Below are positions 28,572 through 38,029 of a stretch of 64,000 nt of DNA, in pieces. How positions within the stretch are numbered: position 1 is the stretch's first letter; every line of letters starts with the position of its first letter. The stretch is taken from NCBI GenBank assembly GCA_039810425.1, contig JBDHWW010000008.1:21323-85322 (forward strand). Direction: 5' to 3'. The notes beneath the pieces were generated by a model. It was not told where the DNA came from. It did not search any database and saw only the letters and a list, made by a program, of their open reading frames with translations. The position numbers and the translations under genes are program-made. The DNA is from Pseudobdellovibrionaceae bacterium. Its GTDB lineage: Bacteria > Bdellovibrionota > Bdellovibrionia > Bdellovibrionales > Bdellovibrionaceae.

Positions 28572-29608
28572 GTGCCGTCTCCACGGCGGACTTCAGACCA
28601 CTTCTTCAACAATCTCTCCACTTCTTGCGCCGGCGGAATTTGGAAGTCTCCCAAAGTTTTAAATTGCGGAATGTCTGCAAACGGAGTTCCCTCTTTGACG
28701 TTCTTGATAATCGGGAACATATAGTTCTTTTGCATGATGAGCTTCTGCCCTTGATCCGACAACATCAAGTTCACGAATCTTTCGGCAAGCTCACAGTTTT
28801 TGCAGAAATCAGGAATGCCCATGAATTCGTACTGAATTGGATGACCTTCCTTGAATTCCAAAGCCACGTAGTCGTTATTTTTTTCTTCCACCTGATGGTA
28901 AACCGGAGACGTCACGTATGAAAGCGCCAGCTTTGCCTGTTTTTTCGTAAACAGCCCGTAAGCGGCGGACCATGTCGGTGAATAGCTGTGCACTTGGTCC
29001 ATGATTTTTTGAATAAACTTGAAACCTTCGTCTTCGCCTTTCGCTCGGACCACCCAGTACAAGAACTGCATGCCCGGAGAACTCGTGCGCGGATCTTCAA
29101 TCGCGATCTTACGTTTTAGCTCAGGCTCCATCAAATCATCAAGACTTCGTGGAGGCTGGTTCAGCTCCCCTTTACGGGCGACAAAAGCAATGACTCCCCA
29201 GTCAAAAGGAACAAAGTAACTGTTTTGCAAAGCCGGCTTCACTTCATCGTACGCATCCAGGCCCGAGATATTGAGTTCACGCCACTTTTGTTCCGACAAT
29301 GCTTTCTGTAAATCAAATTGATCAAGACCGACAACAAGATCGGCGCCAAGGCTATCGCCTTCGATTTTCAAACGCTGAAGAAGGATTCCAGAGTCACTGC
29401 CTTCGATATACTGGACTTGGCACTCGCAGTCTTTTTCGAAAAGCTCTTTCAAGCCGGGGCCCGGGCCCCACTGACCTGTAAAAGAACTATAACCGAATAC
29501 GCGCAAAGTGGGTTTCACTTCCTGCGGCTTGGTTTCGTCGTTCTTATTCAGCAGCGCTAAGAAGAGACCGACAAAAACGACTGTAACGAATAAAATAAAG
29601 TGCTTCAT
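28568..29608 (-). CDS. thiB: Thiamine ABC transporter substrate-binding protein
   Basis: 'YSSF.GQWGPGP', 'ADLVVGLD', 'DPRTSSPG', 'WSAAYGLF', 'SYVTSP.YH'. Confidence 0.85.
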   Translation of the reverse strand: MKHFILFVTVVFVGLFLALLNKNDETKPQEVKPTLRVFGYSSFTGQWGPGPGLKELFEKDCECQVQYIEGSDSGILLQRLKIEGDSLGADLVVGLDQFDLQKALSEQKWRELNISGLDAYDEVKPALQNSYFVPFDWGVIAFVARKGELNQPPRSLDDLMEPELKRKIAIEDPRTSSPGMQFLYWVVRAKGEDEGFKFIQKIMDQVHSYSPTWSAAYGLFTKKQAKLALSYVTSPVYHQVEEKNNDYVALEFKEGHPIQYEFMGIPDFCKNCELAERFVNLMLSDQGQKLIMQKNYMFPIIKNVKEGTPFADIPQFKTLGDFQIPPAQEVERLLKKWSEVRRGDGT

Positions 29609-29615
29609 GCTTCAG

Positions 29616-30098
29616 TTACCACCAAATACCGCGGCGACGTTTAAAGAAGTAGTAGTCAAAACCCAAGCAACGACCGGCTCCCACCCACGCCATGATAAAG
29701 TGAATTGCCAAAAAGGTCTTATAGAGGTCCTCGTTCATCGGACCCGAAAAAAACAACATGTTGAAGCAAAGCAGAACACCCAAAAGAGCCACAGGACGAA
29801 CCACATACCCGGCAATGTAAGAAATCGCAATTGTGAATTCCAAACCGACAATGATGAAAGCCACGGTCTGCCAGTGCGGAATGATTTGGCTGCTCACGAA
29901 AAGTTTATACCAGTTCGGAGCGTGACTCGCCGGAAGCCATTCGGCGATTTGATCAGCGATACGCGGACGGGACAAGAAGTCGCCCTTAAATTTGCTCATC
30001 GCCTGCTGCAAATAATAATAGCCCAAGAAAACTCTCAGGAATGAAATTGGCAACAGATGACCGACATATTTAACACTTTCAAAAAAGGCTACGAGCAT
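29616..30098 (-). CDS. DoxX/DoxD-family membrane protein
   Basis: 'LRVFLG', four TM helices, 'GAGRCLGFD'. Confidence 0.75.
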   Translation of the reverse strand: MLVAFFESVKYVGHLLPISFLRVFLGYYYLQQAMSKFKGDFLSRPRIADQIAEWLPASHAPNWYKLFVSSQIIPHWQTVAFIIVGLEFTIAISYIAGYVVRPVALLGVLLCFNMLFFSGPMNEDLYKTFLAIHFIMAWVGAGRCLGFDYYFFKRRRGIWW

Positions 30099-30106
30099 GT
30101 GTCTGA

Positions 30107-30742
30107 TTAGACACCTTTTTGCGGGCAATGCTCAAGAAGAAAACACCTCTCACAGAGAGGTTTGCGCGCCTTGCAAACTTGCCGGCCGTGGAAAATCAAT
30201 TCATGTGACAGCTTAATCCAATGGCCTTTGGGGACGAACTCACAGAGACGCTTCTCAATAGCCACGGCGTCCTCCCCCTTCACCCAACCGAGGCGGTTGC
30301 TTAAACGAGTGACATGAGTATCCACAACAATACCGCTGGCGATATCAAAAGCATTTCCGAGCACGACATTCGCTGTTTTGCGACCCACCCCTGTCAGCGC
30401 CACAAGCTCTTCCATCTTGTCAGGAACTTGTCCCTGATGCTTTTCAACCAGCGCTTGAGCACAAGCCTTGATGTTTTTAGCTTTGTTTTTATAAAAACCC
30501 GCGGACCGGATCAGCTCTTCAAGGTTTTCTTGCTTGGCTGCGGCCATTTTCTCCGGCGTCGGATACTTGGCGAAAAGGCCCTTCGTCACGATATTCACGC
30601 GGTCGTCGGTACATTGCGCGGAAAGGATTGTTGCAATCAGAAGCTCAAAGGCATTCTTATGATCAAGAGCACAGTGAGCATTGGGATAATATCTCGGCAG
30701 GAGCTTCAGAACGATGGCGGCATTCGCCGGCGCTTTTTTCAC
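30107..30742 (-). CDS. nth: Endonuclease III
   Basis: 'LSAQCTD', HhH 'GVGRKTANV', 'VDTHV', C-terminal 4Fe-4S CxxxxxxCxxCxxxxxC. Confidence 0.95.
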   Translation of the reverse strand: MKKAPANAAIVLKLLPRYYPNAHCALDHKNAFELLIATILSAQCTDDRVNIVTKGLFAKYPTPEKMAAAKQENLEELIRSAGFYKNKAKNIKACAQALVEKHQGQVPDKMEELVALTGVGRKTANVVLGNAFDIASGIVVDTHVTRLSNRLGWVKGEDAVAIEKRLCEFVPKGHWIKLSHELIFHGRQVCKARKPLCERCFLLEHCPQKGV

Positions 30743-30753
30743 CGACTTAGGTC

Positions 30754-30993
30754 CTAGGCCTTATCGCCGAAGTCGCCGATAGCTTCCACCGGGCAGCCTT
30801 CCATTGCTTCTTTGCAAGCCGCTTCTTCTTCGGGCGTTTCAGGCTGTTTGGTAACAAAAGCATGACCATCGTCTTCGTGCATCGAGAAGTTTTTTGGAGC
30901 TGTTAAAACGCAGGCATCACAAGCGATACAAGACTGATCGACGAACATCTTGCCGTGCGCGTTTTCTTTCCATTTTTGATCTAACTCAGCCAT
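30754..30993 (-). CDS. Ferredoxin
   Basis: CIACDAC...CPVEAI. Confidence 0.9.
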   Translation of the reverse strand: MAELDQKWKENAHGKMFVDQSCIACDACVLTAPKNFSMHEDDGHAFVTKQPETPEEEAACKEAMEGCPVEAIGDFGDKA

Positions 30994-31159
30994 TTCAAGC
31001 CTCCAAGAGGGCCTCAATATAATGCAAGACCATAAAAAGTCAATTTCCGCCTCAGGACTGAGGTCGCATTTAGGGCCGGAAGAGGGTTAATCCCCCGAAC
31101 AAACACTGAAGAAAAGGGACGATTTCGCTAAACTGAAAGGGACATTCTAAGGAGGATCC

Positions 31160-32251
31160 ATGGAAGGACCGCGTTCACCGGCAGAGTCGGAATTGCCCTC
31201 AGTTCTTAATTTTTTGACCCAAAGCCTTCGTTCCGCAGCTGATTGGTCGATTGCCGCGGAATACCCCACGGCGTTATCGAGTTCGAACCTCCACAACATG
31301 CGCATTATCACCGAGGCTGATGAGATTGTTTCGCACGCTGTTTTAAAACCGCTTGTTGTAAAATCTCCCCATGTTATTTTCAAAGTGGGAGCGATTGGGT
31401 CAGTTGTTACCAACGAAAATCATCGCAACAAGGGACTCAGCACGCAAATTATTGAGGACTGCATCGCCCAGGCGACCCGCCAGCAATGCGATATCGCGAT
31501 TCTTTGGACGAACTTGTACGACTTCTATCGCCGTATTGGTTTTGAGCTGGCCGGGACAGAAATCAGCATCGTGGTCGAAGAAGAATTCCAAGTTCCAGAC
31601 CCTTCTTTGCGCTTGTCGAAAGACTCCAAAGTGGCGGCGGAAGCCATCCACCGCCTTTACTCGACCCACACCGTAAACTCAGTCCGCACGGTGGAAGAAA
31701 CACGTAAGTATCTTTCCATACCACAGACACAAGTTTATACTGCTTGGGACGCCTCAGGCCAACTCGCGGCCTATGCGATTGAAGGCAAAGGCGTTGATTT
31801 GAGCGGCTACATTCACGAATGGGGCGGCTCTGTCACCGCAATCATGACTTTGCTCAGCTTTATCCGCCGCGAAAAACAACAGCCGATCACGATCATTGTT
31901 CCTCGTCATTCGCAAAACCTGATCCAGAGGCTGCGTGAGAAGCCCGTGACTTATAATCAAGGCTATTTAGGCATGATCAAAATTTTGAATTTCGATCAAC
32001 TCTCAGCGAAAATCAAACGCGCCTTCCGAGCAGAGGGTGTCTCTGACATCGTGCTTGAAAAGCAAAATGGCAAATTCGTCTTCGGCGCGGGTCAAGACCT
32101 CGCGGTCCTGAATGGCGAGCAAAACCTGACTCATCTGCTTTTTGGCCCGGTGAACATAGCAGACCTTGAAGTTTTCAAACCGGAAACCGCCGAAAAGCTC
32201 TCTCGGATTTTACCTCTGAACTTGTGGATTTGGGGCTGGGACTCTATATGA
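31160..32251 (+). CDS. GNAT acetyltransferase (Eis-like)
   Basis: 'IGSVVT...RNKGLS', 'FYRRIGFE'; SD AAGGAGG. Confidence 0.8.
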   Translation: MEGPRSPAESELPSVLNFLTQSLRSAADWSIAAEYPTALSSSNLHNMRIITEADEIVSHAVLKPLVVKSPHVIFKVGAIGSVVTNENHRNKGLSTQIIEDCIAQATRQQCDIAILWTNLYDFYRRIGFELAGTEISIVVEEEFQVPDPSLRLSKDSKVAAEAIHRLYSTHTVNSVRTVEETRKYLSIPQTQVYTAWDASGQLAAYAIEGKGVDLSGYIHEWGGSVTAIMTLLSFIRREKQQPITIIVPRHSQNLIQRLREKPVTYNQGYLGMIKILNFDQLSAKIKRAFRAEGVSDIVLEKQNGKFVFGAGQDLAVLNGEQNLTHLLFGPVNIADLEVFKPETAEKLSRILPLNLWIWGWDSI

Positions 32252-33141
32252 TCGGGGCCCTCCGCCGTTCAGCAATGTTAGGTCTTCTCATTGTGGCCAC
32301 CAGTTGTTTAAAGCCGCCCTCCATGAGCGACAATAACGGTCCTGAAGTGCCCGCAGATGACGTTCAAAAGGCGGTTCTCGTCGCTTGGGACTCTGCAGAT
32401 TTCAATTCGATCAAACTCAATGAGTTTTTGTACGTTGAGCAAGATCAAAAGATCAGCACTCTCGAACCAAAAGTGGTTTACAAAGAGGCCAGCAAAATCA
32501 TCGCTCGTACCGTAAAAGCAGATACGATCGACTACAAGTTTCTGGTTCGTTCCCAGGCGATGGAAAACGGCAGCTTTAAACCTGTGACTTCATATGAAGA
32601 TAATATTTCTGCGGCTAAAACAACCCCATCAGTGATGGCGCCGCCAACGACATCGGCGATTCAAGGCAAAGGCCTCCCCGGCTCGGTCGACGAGTTGCAA
32701 AAATCAATGGCCAATGGAACCGTGGGTGTCCGCTCCGGCACCGGAACGAGTCACTTCCTTGGCGTCCTCATGGTGCAGAACATGCTAAGTGCTTGCGTTA
32801 AAAGCGAAAACTGGGATGTGACATGTCACAACCTTAAAACTTCAGAAGGCGTGATGTCTCCGCCGACAGGAGTCTCCGGCCAGCAAGATTGCGGCGGCAT
32901 TCCGAACTGCCAGATCCGTTACAAAAAAGTGGCGTTTGATCTCGTCGTAAACTTTAAAGACGCAGACACTGGAGATGCCCGCACGGAGAAAGTCGTTTAC
33001 GAAATGACTTTCAGCCCCGACGTTCCTTACTTGTCGCGCCTGACTGAATTCTGCTATCAAGGTATGGTGCCGACTTTTTCTCAAAAAGTTCTCGTTAAGA
33101 TTTGCAATCGCGTCCAAAATTTCGAACCTGGCGACAATTAG
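32248..33141 (+). CDS. Hypothetical lipoprotein
   Basis: Lipobox ATSC; ATGA overlap with the upstream gene. Confidence 0.6.
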   Translation: MIGALRRSAMLGLLIVATSCLKPPSMSDNNGPEVPADDVQKAVLVAWDSADFNSIKLNEFLYVEQDQKISTLEPKVVYKEASKIIARTVKADTIDYKFLVRSQAMENGSFKPVTSYEDNISAAKTTPSVMAPPTTSAIQGKGLPGSVDELQKSMANGTVGVRSGTGTSHFLGVLMVQNMLSACVKSENWDVTCHNLKTSEGVMSPPTGVSGQQDCGGIPNCQIRYKKVAFDLVVNFKDADTGDARTEKVVYEMTFSPDVPYLSRLTEFCYQGMVPTFSQKVLVKICNRVQNFEPGDN

Positions 33142-33208
33142 TTTCATAGACATTTCCAGCCGCCTTCGTTAGAGTTGAAAGATCTCTTTTACTCTCACGG
33201 AGGACCCT

Positions 33209-33862
33209 TTGAAAAAAGTAGCCGTCGTTCTTGCGGGCTGTGGCAACAAAGATGGGGCTGAAATCACCGAGGCAGTGAGCCTCTTGATTGCCCTCAGCCA
33301 AAATGGTGCCGGGTATATGTGTTTTGCCCCTAGCATGGAATTCGAAGCTTTGAATTTCACCAATGATCAGGCCCTGGGCCAGAAGCGTAATGTTCTCACT
33401 GAGGCGGCGCGTATCGCTCGTGGCAATATTCAGGACCTGAAAACTCTTGATGTTAAAAACTACGATGCATTGGCCTTTGTCGGCGGCTTCGGCGCCGCGA
33501 AAAATCTCAGCGACTGGGCGTTCAAGGGCGCCCAATGCACGGTTCTTCCGGACGTAGAGAAACACATCAAAGCTTTTCATCAAGAAACAAAGCCGATTGC
33601 GGCCATATGCATCGCCCCGGTGTTGCTGGCGAAAGTTTTGGGCAGCGAACGGGTCACGGTCACACTCGGTGATGATAAAGAAACTATTGCCGAGGTTTTG
33701 AAAACGGGGGCACAGCACGAAGTTTGCCCTGTGGATGATTATGTCACTGACCGCCAAACAAAAGTTATTACAACACCGGCTTACATGTATGGTAATGCAA
33801 AACCTCACGAAATCTTTAAAGGGATTTTTGGGCTGGCAAAAGAACTTGTGGAGATGGCATGA
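33209..33862 (+). CDS. elbB: ElbB/ES1 glyoxalase (DJ-1/PfpI family)
   Basis: 'LAGCG.KDGAEI.EAV', '[12 protein letters not shown]', '[10 protein letters not shown]', 'CIAP', 'TTPAYM'. Confidence 0.9.
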   Translation: MKKVAVVLAGCGNKDGAEITEAVSLLIALSQNGAGYMCFAPSMEFEALNFTNDQALGQKRNVLTEAARIARGNIQDLKTLDVKNYDALAFVGGFGAAKNLSDWAFKGAQCTVLPDVEKHIKAFHQETKPIAAICIAPVLLAKVLGSERVTVTLGDDKETIAEVLKTGAQHEVCPVDDYVTDRQTKVITTPAYMYGNAKPHEIFKGIFGLAKELVEMA

Positions 33863-34956
33863 AGAAAACAATAGCACTCATTTTTGGCGGGAAATCTTCA
33901 GAACACGAAGTGTCCATTCGCTCGGCCAAAAACGTTGCCAACGCCCTTGATAAAACAAAATACGACTTTATCCTGGTCGGCATCAGCAAAGAAGGCTCTT
34001 GGTATCGCTTTCACGGCCTCGAAGTTTTTGACCAGGTGGTTCGCTTGTCTGACAAGTCTTTGCCGGCGGGTTCGGATCCTGTGGCACTGATTTCTGAAGG
34101 CGGAAAACCCTGGTTTTTCTCTCTGAAAAACCAGGCAAAGACAGCAGTTGACTGCGCCTTCCCCGTTTTGCACGGCACGTTCGGTGAAGATGGTACGATC
34201 CAAGGTCTGTTTAAAATGATGAATTTACCGTTCGTAGGTTGCGGTGTTTGGTCATCAGCAGCGGGCATGGATAAAGAGGTGATGAAACGTCTTTTGGCGG
34301 TGGCACAAGTTCCGAATGCGAAGTACGAACTTCTGACTCCAGAGCATACACCGGCTTACGATGAGCTTGTGAAAAAACTCGGCACACCTTTCTTTATTAA
34401 GCCAGCGAACGCGGGCTCTTCCGTCGGCGTGCACAAGATCAAAGACAAGGCCGGTTTCGAAAAGGACTTGAAAGATGCTTTTGCCTACGACACCAAAGTT
34501 TTGGCTGAAGAATTCATTCAGGGCCGCGAGATCGAGTGCTCCGTCATGGGTCTTAACGCCACGGCCAGGGCTTCTTTGCCGGGCGAAGTGATCGCGCACC
34601 ACGAGTTCTACTCATACGATGCGAAATACACGGACTCAAACGGCGCTTCGATTGTGATCCCGGCGCAATTGACGCCGCAAGAAATTGAAAAAATCCAGAA
34701 GATGGCCGTGAAGACCTTTCAAGTGATGGGTTGCGATGGCCTCACACGTGTCGACTTCTTCTTGAAAAAGAATGGTGATCTCTGTGTAAACGAGATCAAT
34801 ACGATTCCTGGCTTCACCAAGATTTCAATGTATCCAAAGATGTGGGAAGCTACCGGTGTCAGTTACACCGAGCTGATTTCCAAACTCGTCGGCTTCGCTT
34901 TTGAAAAGCACGCCGCAGATGAAAAGCTGATGTTCAGCTACGCTGCTCTGAACTAA
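33859..34956 (+). CDS. ddl: D-alanine--D-alanine ligase
   Basis: '[10 protein letters not shown]', 'LHGTFGEDG', '[10 protein letters not shown]', '[14 protein letters not shown]'. Confidence 0.95.
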   Translation: MKKTIALIFGGKSSEHEVSIRSAKNVANALDKTKYDFILVGISKEGSWYRFHGLEVFDQVVRLSDKSLPAGSDPVALISEGGKPWFFSLKNQAKTAVDCAFPVLHGTFGEDGTIQGLFKMMNLPFVGCGVWSSAAGMDKEVMKRLLAVAQVPNAKYELLTPEHTPAYDELVKKLGTPFFIKPANAGSSVGVHKIKDKAGFEKDLKDAFAYDTKVLAEEFIQGREIECSVMGLNATARASLPGEVIAHHEFYSYDAKYTDSNGASIVIPAQLTPQEIEKIQKMAVKTFQVMGCDGLTRVDFFLKKNGDLCVNEINTIPGFTKISMYPKMWEATGVSYTELISKLVGFAFEKHAADEKLMFSYAALN

Positions 34957-34980
34957 AACAAAAAAAGGCCGGGATGACCC

Positions 34981-35413
34981 CTTACTATTACCCACATTTT
35001 TTACTGGATGTGGGTAATAGTAAGGGGTCATCACCTCATACATTTCAGCAGCTTCGATCAGTTTAAGCCACGTCATCCATAAGATCCGCCAAGCAACAAT
35101 CGACATCACATTTAAATAACGAATAATTCTTTTACCAGCTTCAAGTCGGCAACGCTCAACCCCACAGCCTGTTTTTAAAGCCTTAAAGTAGAGCTCCACT
35201 TCCCAGCGCATACGATAAGTATTCCCCACGCTGAAGGATCACGTAAAAATGCATTCTGAATACCTAGGACTTCTAAGAGTAATCTCTTAGAAGTAACCAA
35301 CGAGCCATAGGACCTTGATGCAAGGAAAGGTAAACACGAGGCGGTATGCACCCAGAAATATGTTCTAAATAAAACAAAACCCACATCTTTTACCAGATGT
35401 GGGTAATAGTAAG
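34981..35413 (-). mobile_element. Internally deleted IS4-family element (433 bp, MITE-like)
   Basis: 17-bp terminal IRs CTTACTATTACCCACAT (34981-34997) / ATGTGGGTAATAGTAAG (35397-35413); 10-bp target duplication GGGATGACCC (34971-34980, 35414-35423); transposase fragment with the IS4 YREK signature 'YRMRWEVELYFKALKTGC'. Confidence 0.85.
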
Positions 35414-35432
35414 GGGATGACCCGGCTTTTCT

Positions 35433-36137
35433 TTATTCCTGACAGTGGAATGTCTCCGCATTTCCTAATTTTAAACAAACTTGACCTTTAAGCTGCCCTG
35501 GCAGTCCCGGTACCGAGTCTACGCGATCTCGAGAGCATCCCCCCTGACCGATTTGGTCTCTCGGTGTGCTGTCATTGGCGGCTCCTTTGACTCCTGCTTC
35601 ACCCGCTTCTCCGACCGTGTTCGTCCAGTTAATATTAAAACTATTATTATCAGCGACCTCCAAGTTGAGGCTTCCAGGGTTCCCTCCATTAGCTCCATCG
35701 GTAGGACACCCGCCGTGTCCTCCCTCAGACAGATAGCCATTCTTACCATGGCCGCCGCCTTCGCCATTCAGTTGAACATCAAGGGTGCCACGCGCCCTCC
35801 GGACTGAAATAGTCACGGCCCCCCCAGTTCTTCCATTCATCGCAAAGTAAGCTTTTGCACCCGACGGAAAATTACTGATCCTTGCGCCTTCGGTGACTAG
35901 CTCCTTAGCAATAATGGTGAGAGTCTTATCTTCCGTGGTTATCACGGCATTCTCGGTTAGAATCACGCGGTCCGCCTCAATTTTTAAATGCCGAGTCAGT
36001 TTCAACGGCCCATCAATTACGTAGTCGGGCTCCACCGCTGCCTGGACTTTTAACTCATCTTTGGGTTTATCTTTCAGCTCCACCGCGCAGCCGGCAAGTA
36101 AGTTGATCATCAGTAAAATACAAATTTTATGTTTCAT
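35433..36137 (-). CDS. Gly-rich lipoprotein of unknown function
   Basis: Lipobox LAGC; beta-rich N-terminal half, then G-x-x-G repeats. Confidence 0.65.
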   Translation of the reverse strand: MKHKICILLMINLLAGCAVELKDKPKDELKVQAAVEPDYVIDGPLKLTRHLKIEADRVILTENAVITTEDKTLTIIAKELVTEGARISNFPSGAKAYFAMNGRTGGAVTISVRRARGTLDVQLNGEGGGHGKNGYLSEGGHGGCPTDGANGGNPGSLNLEVADNNSFNINWTNTVGEAGEAGVKGAANDSTPRDQIGQGGCSRDRVDSVPGLPGQLKGQVCLKLGNAETFHCQE

Positions 36138-36258
36138 AGCAATCCCTCCGCCTCGAGGTTGCTTACAAAGCTGAGACCAAGGTCTGATTCACTTTATTGC
36201 GTTTCAGTATCCGGAAACTGGAGGACGTCCGGACCTTGGCCTGTGAACGGATCTTGCA

Positions 36259-36510
36259 GTGAAGTCTCTGGTACAGAGGAGTTACATCTTGGATAAATCG
36301 CAAAACATTACTGAGAAGATGCAATATTTTGAAAATGCAGGCTGTGACAAGCATCGTGAGTTTATAAATTCCCAAAACAATTGCGTACTTTGCGGCACTG
36401 TTCTGGAGCTTTCGCATGCGGTAGATCATATCGTAGGCCATATCCGAGAAGAAGCTCACTGCCCTTCTTGCGAAGTTCGCACCCGCGCTCGCTTCCATCC
36501 TTTGAATTAA
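36259..36510 (+). CDS. Small zinc-ribbon-like protein
   Basis: CVLC...CPSC pair. Confidence 0.55.
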   Translation: MKSLVQRSYILDKSQNITEKMQYFENAGCDKHREFINSQNNCVLCGTVLELSHAVDHIVGHIREEAHCPSCEVRTRARFHPLN

Positions 36511-36552
36511 CGACAAATCTCTGACTGCTGTTTCGCCAAAGTTTTGCCGGTT

Positions 36553-37953
36553 TTATAAGCCCGTCAAAACTTTGACGTCGGAGTAGAATCGTCCCCAAGG
36601 TCCCGTATTGATCAGACCAAATGATGTCTGACGATGACCCGGCTCAAATTCCGCGGGAAACCACGAGTTCACAGACACGGTCCCAACATCAATCTTCTCA
36701 GCAATCTTTAATGCCTTTTCGGAATTCGGCGCCCAAATCACTGCCGAGTGGCCGTAGTAACCGGTATTAGCCCACTTCACCATTTCATGCTGGTATTTCA
36801 CCGCGGTTAAAATTAACAACGGCCCACGAATCTCTTCTTGTTGCATCTCTGAACAGTTTGGCAAATCCAGACTGACTGTTGGTTGGAAGAAGTAACCATT
36901 ACTGTCGGCTTTTACACCACCAGCAATAAGCTTACCCTCTTCCATCTTTATTTGCTGTGATTTTGCCTCGAGCTGCTGCAAAACTTCCGCGTTGATGGCG
37001 GGAGTCCACGGACTCGTGTCCTTCGGAGAGGTTGCTGGTTTTAAACTCGCTAAATACTCTTTAAGTTTTTCAGTGAACTCTTTCTGGAAAGACTCCAAAA
37101 CAAAAATCCGCGTCATATTCCAGCAAAGCTGCCCTTGTCCGATGAGAAAACTCTCGAGAATTTGTGGCATCTTCGTTTGAAAATCGACCTCGTTCAAAAC
37201 AAAGATACTGTTCTTCACGCCTGAGTTAATTTGCACTTTTTTAAACTGTGGCAAAGCACCTTGAATAATTTTTTCGGCATTTGTAAGCTTGCCAACGAAA
37301 TTCACTGCGCGAATTGATGGGTGCGCCGCCAGCAAGGCTCCCACTTCAGAGCCACGACCTTGGATAAATTGCACCAAACCTTTTGGCACTCCTGCGGCGG
37401 TCAGAACCTCGCCCATAATCACCGCTGTAATCGGAGAAAGTTCTGACACTTTCACAAGACAGATGTTTCCGGCAGCCAATGCCGAAGCCAAACGTTCTGC
37501 TAACAACCGTAAAGAAAGATTCCAGGATAACACGATGGAAATAATTCCTGTCGGCTGCACTTGCAGCTCAGGAATTTTATTCTGATCATACTTCGTTACG
37601 GCCTCGGAAATAATTCTGAATTGGTGGATCGCATACTGAAGACTTTTCTCTCGAACAAAATTTGCAGGCAGTCCCTGATGAAGAGCTTCCTGGTAAGCAT
37701 AGTCTTCGATCTTCTCTTCAAGTTTTGTCGCAACCTTGCTAAGAAGCTCTGCTCGCTGAGCAAGCGTCCACTTCTCCATTTCCACTTGAGCACGCTTAGC
37801 CGCTTGAATAGCCCGAATCACATCCATCGCATCAGAAGCCGCAACATTTCCTAGCAACTCGCCAGTAAATGGACTCATCTTCGCAAACGAAGCTTTGCTT
37901 TGTGCCGGAACAAATTCACCATCAATAAAATTCAGAAATTCTTGAGCGCTCAT
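36553..37953 (-). CDS. Aldehyde dehydrogenase-family protein (atypical active site)
   Basis: 'FIDGEF', 'WN', 'K.SE.SP', 'GQLC', 'QEEIRGP', 'AN.GYG'. Confidence 0.8.
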   Translation of the reverse strand: MSAQEFLNFIDGEFVPAQSKASFAKMSPFTGELLGNVAASDAMDVIRAIQAAKRAQVEMEKWTLAQRAELLSKVATKLEEKIEDYAYQEALHQGLPANFVREKSLQYAIHQFRIISEAVTKYDQNKIPELQVQPTGIISIVLSWNLSLRLLAERLASALAAGNICLVKVSELSPITAVIMGEVLTAAGVPKGLVQFIQGRGSEVGALLAAHPSIRAVNFVGKLTNAEKIIQGALPQFKKVQINSGVKNSIFVLNEVDFQTKMPQILESFLIGQGQLCWNMTRIFVLESFQKEFTEKLKEYLASLKPATSPKDTSPWTPAINAEVLQQLEAKSQQIKMEEGKLIAGGVKADSNGYFFQPTVSLDLPNCSEMQQEEIRGPLLILTAVKYQHEMVKWANTGYYGHSAVIWAPNSEKALKIAEKIDVGTVSVNSWFPAEFEPGHRQTSFGLINTGPWGRFYSDVKVLTGL

Positions 37954-38029
37954 GGCCCCAAGATCCAGCAATTCCCTGCAAAAAGCAAGGAATTGCAAAG
38001 TCAATTCGGAAAAGCGACCTGGTACCTTT

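Noticed and set aside
29609..31100. TPP riboswitch for the thiamine ABC genes
   Set aside because: The transporter lies inside an operon after nth and doxX with no leader space, and no TPP aptamer core was recognised.
33095..33877. Long antisense ORFs (also 42473-43366, 12952-13587 and others)
   Set aside because: Shadow frames of well-supported genes with no recognisable motifs.
34825..35229. 134-aa ORF as a functional transposase
   Set aside because: Only the YREK region remains; the frame reads out through the IR into antisense ddl.
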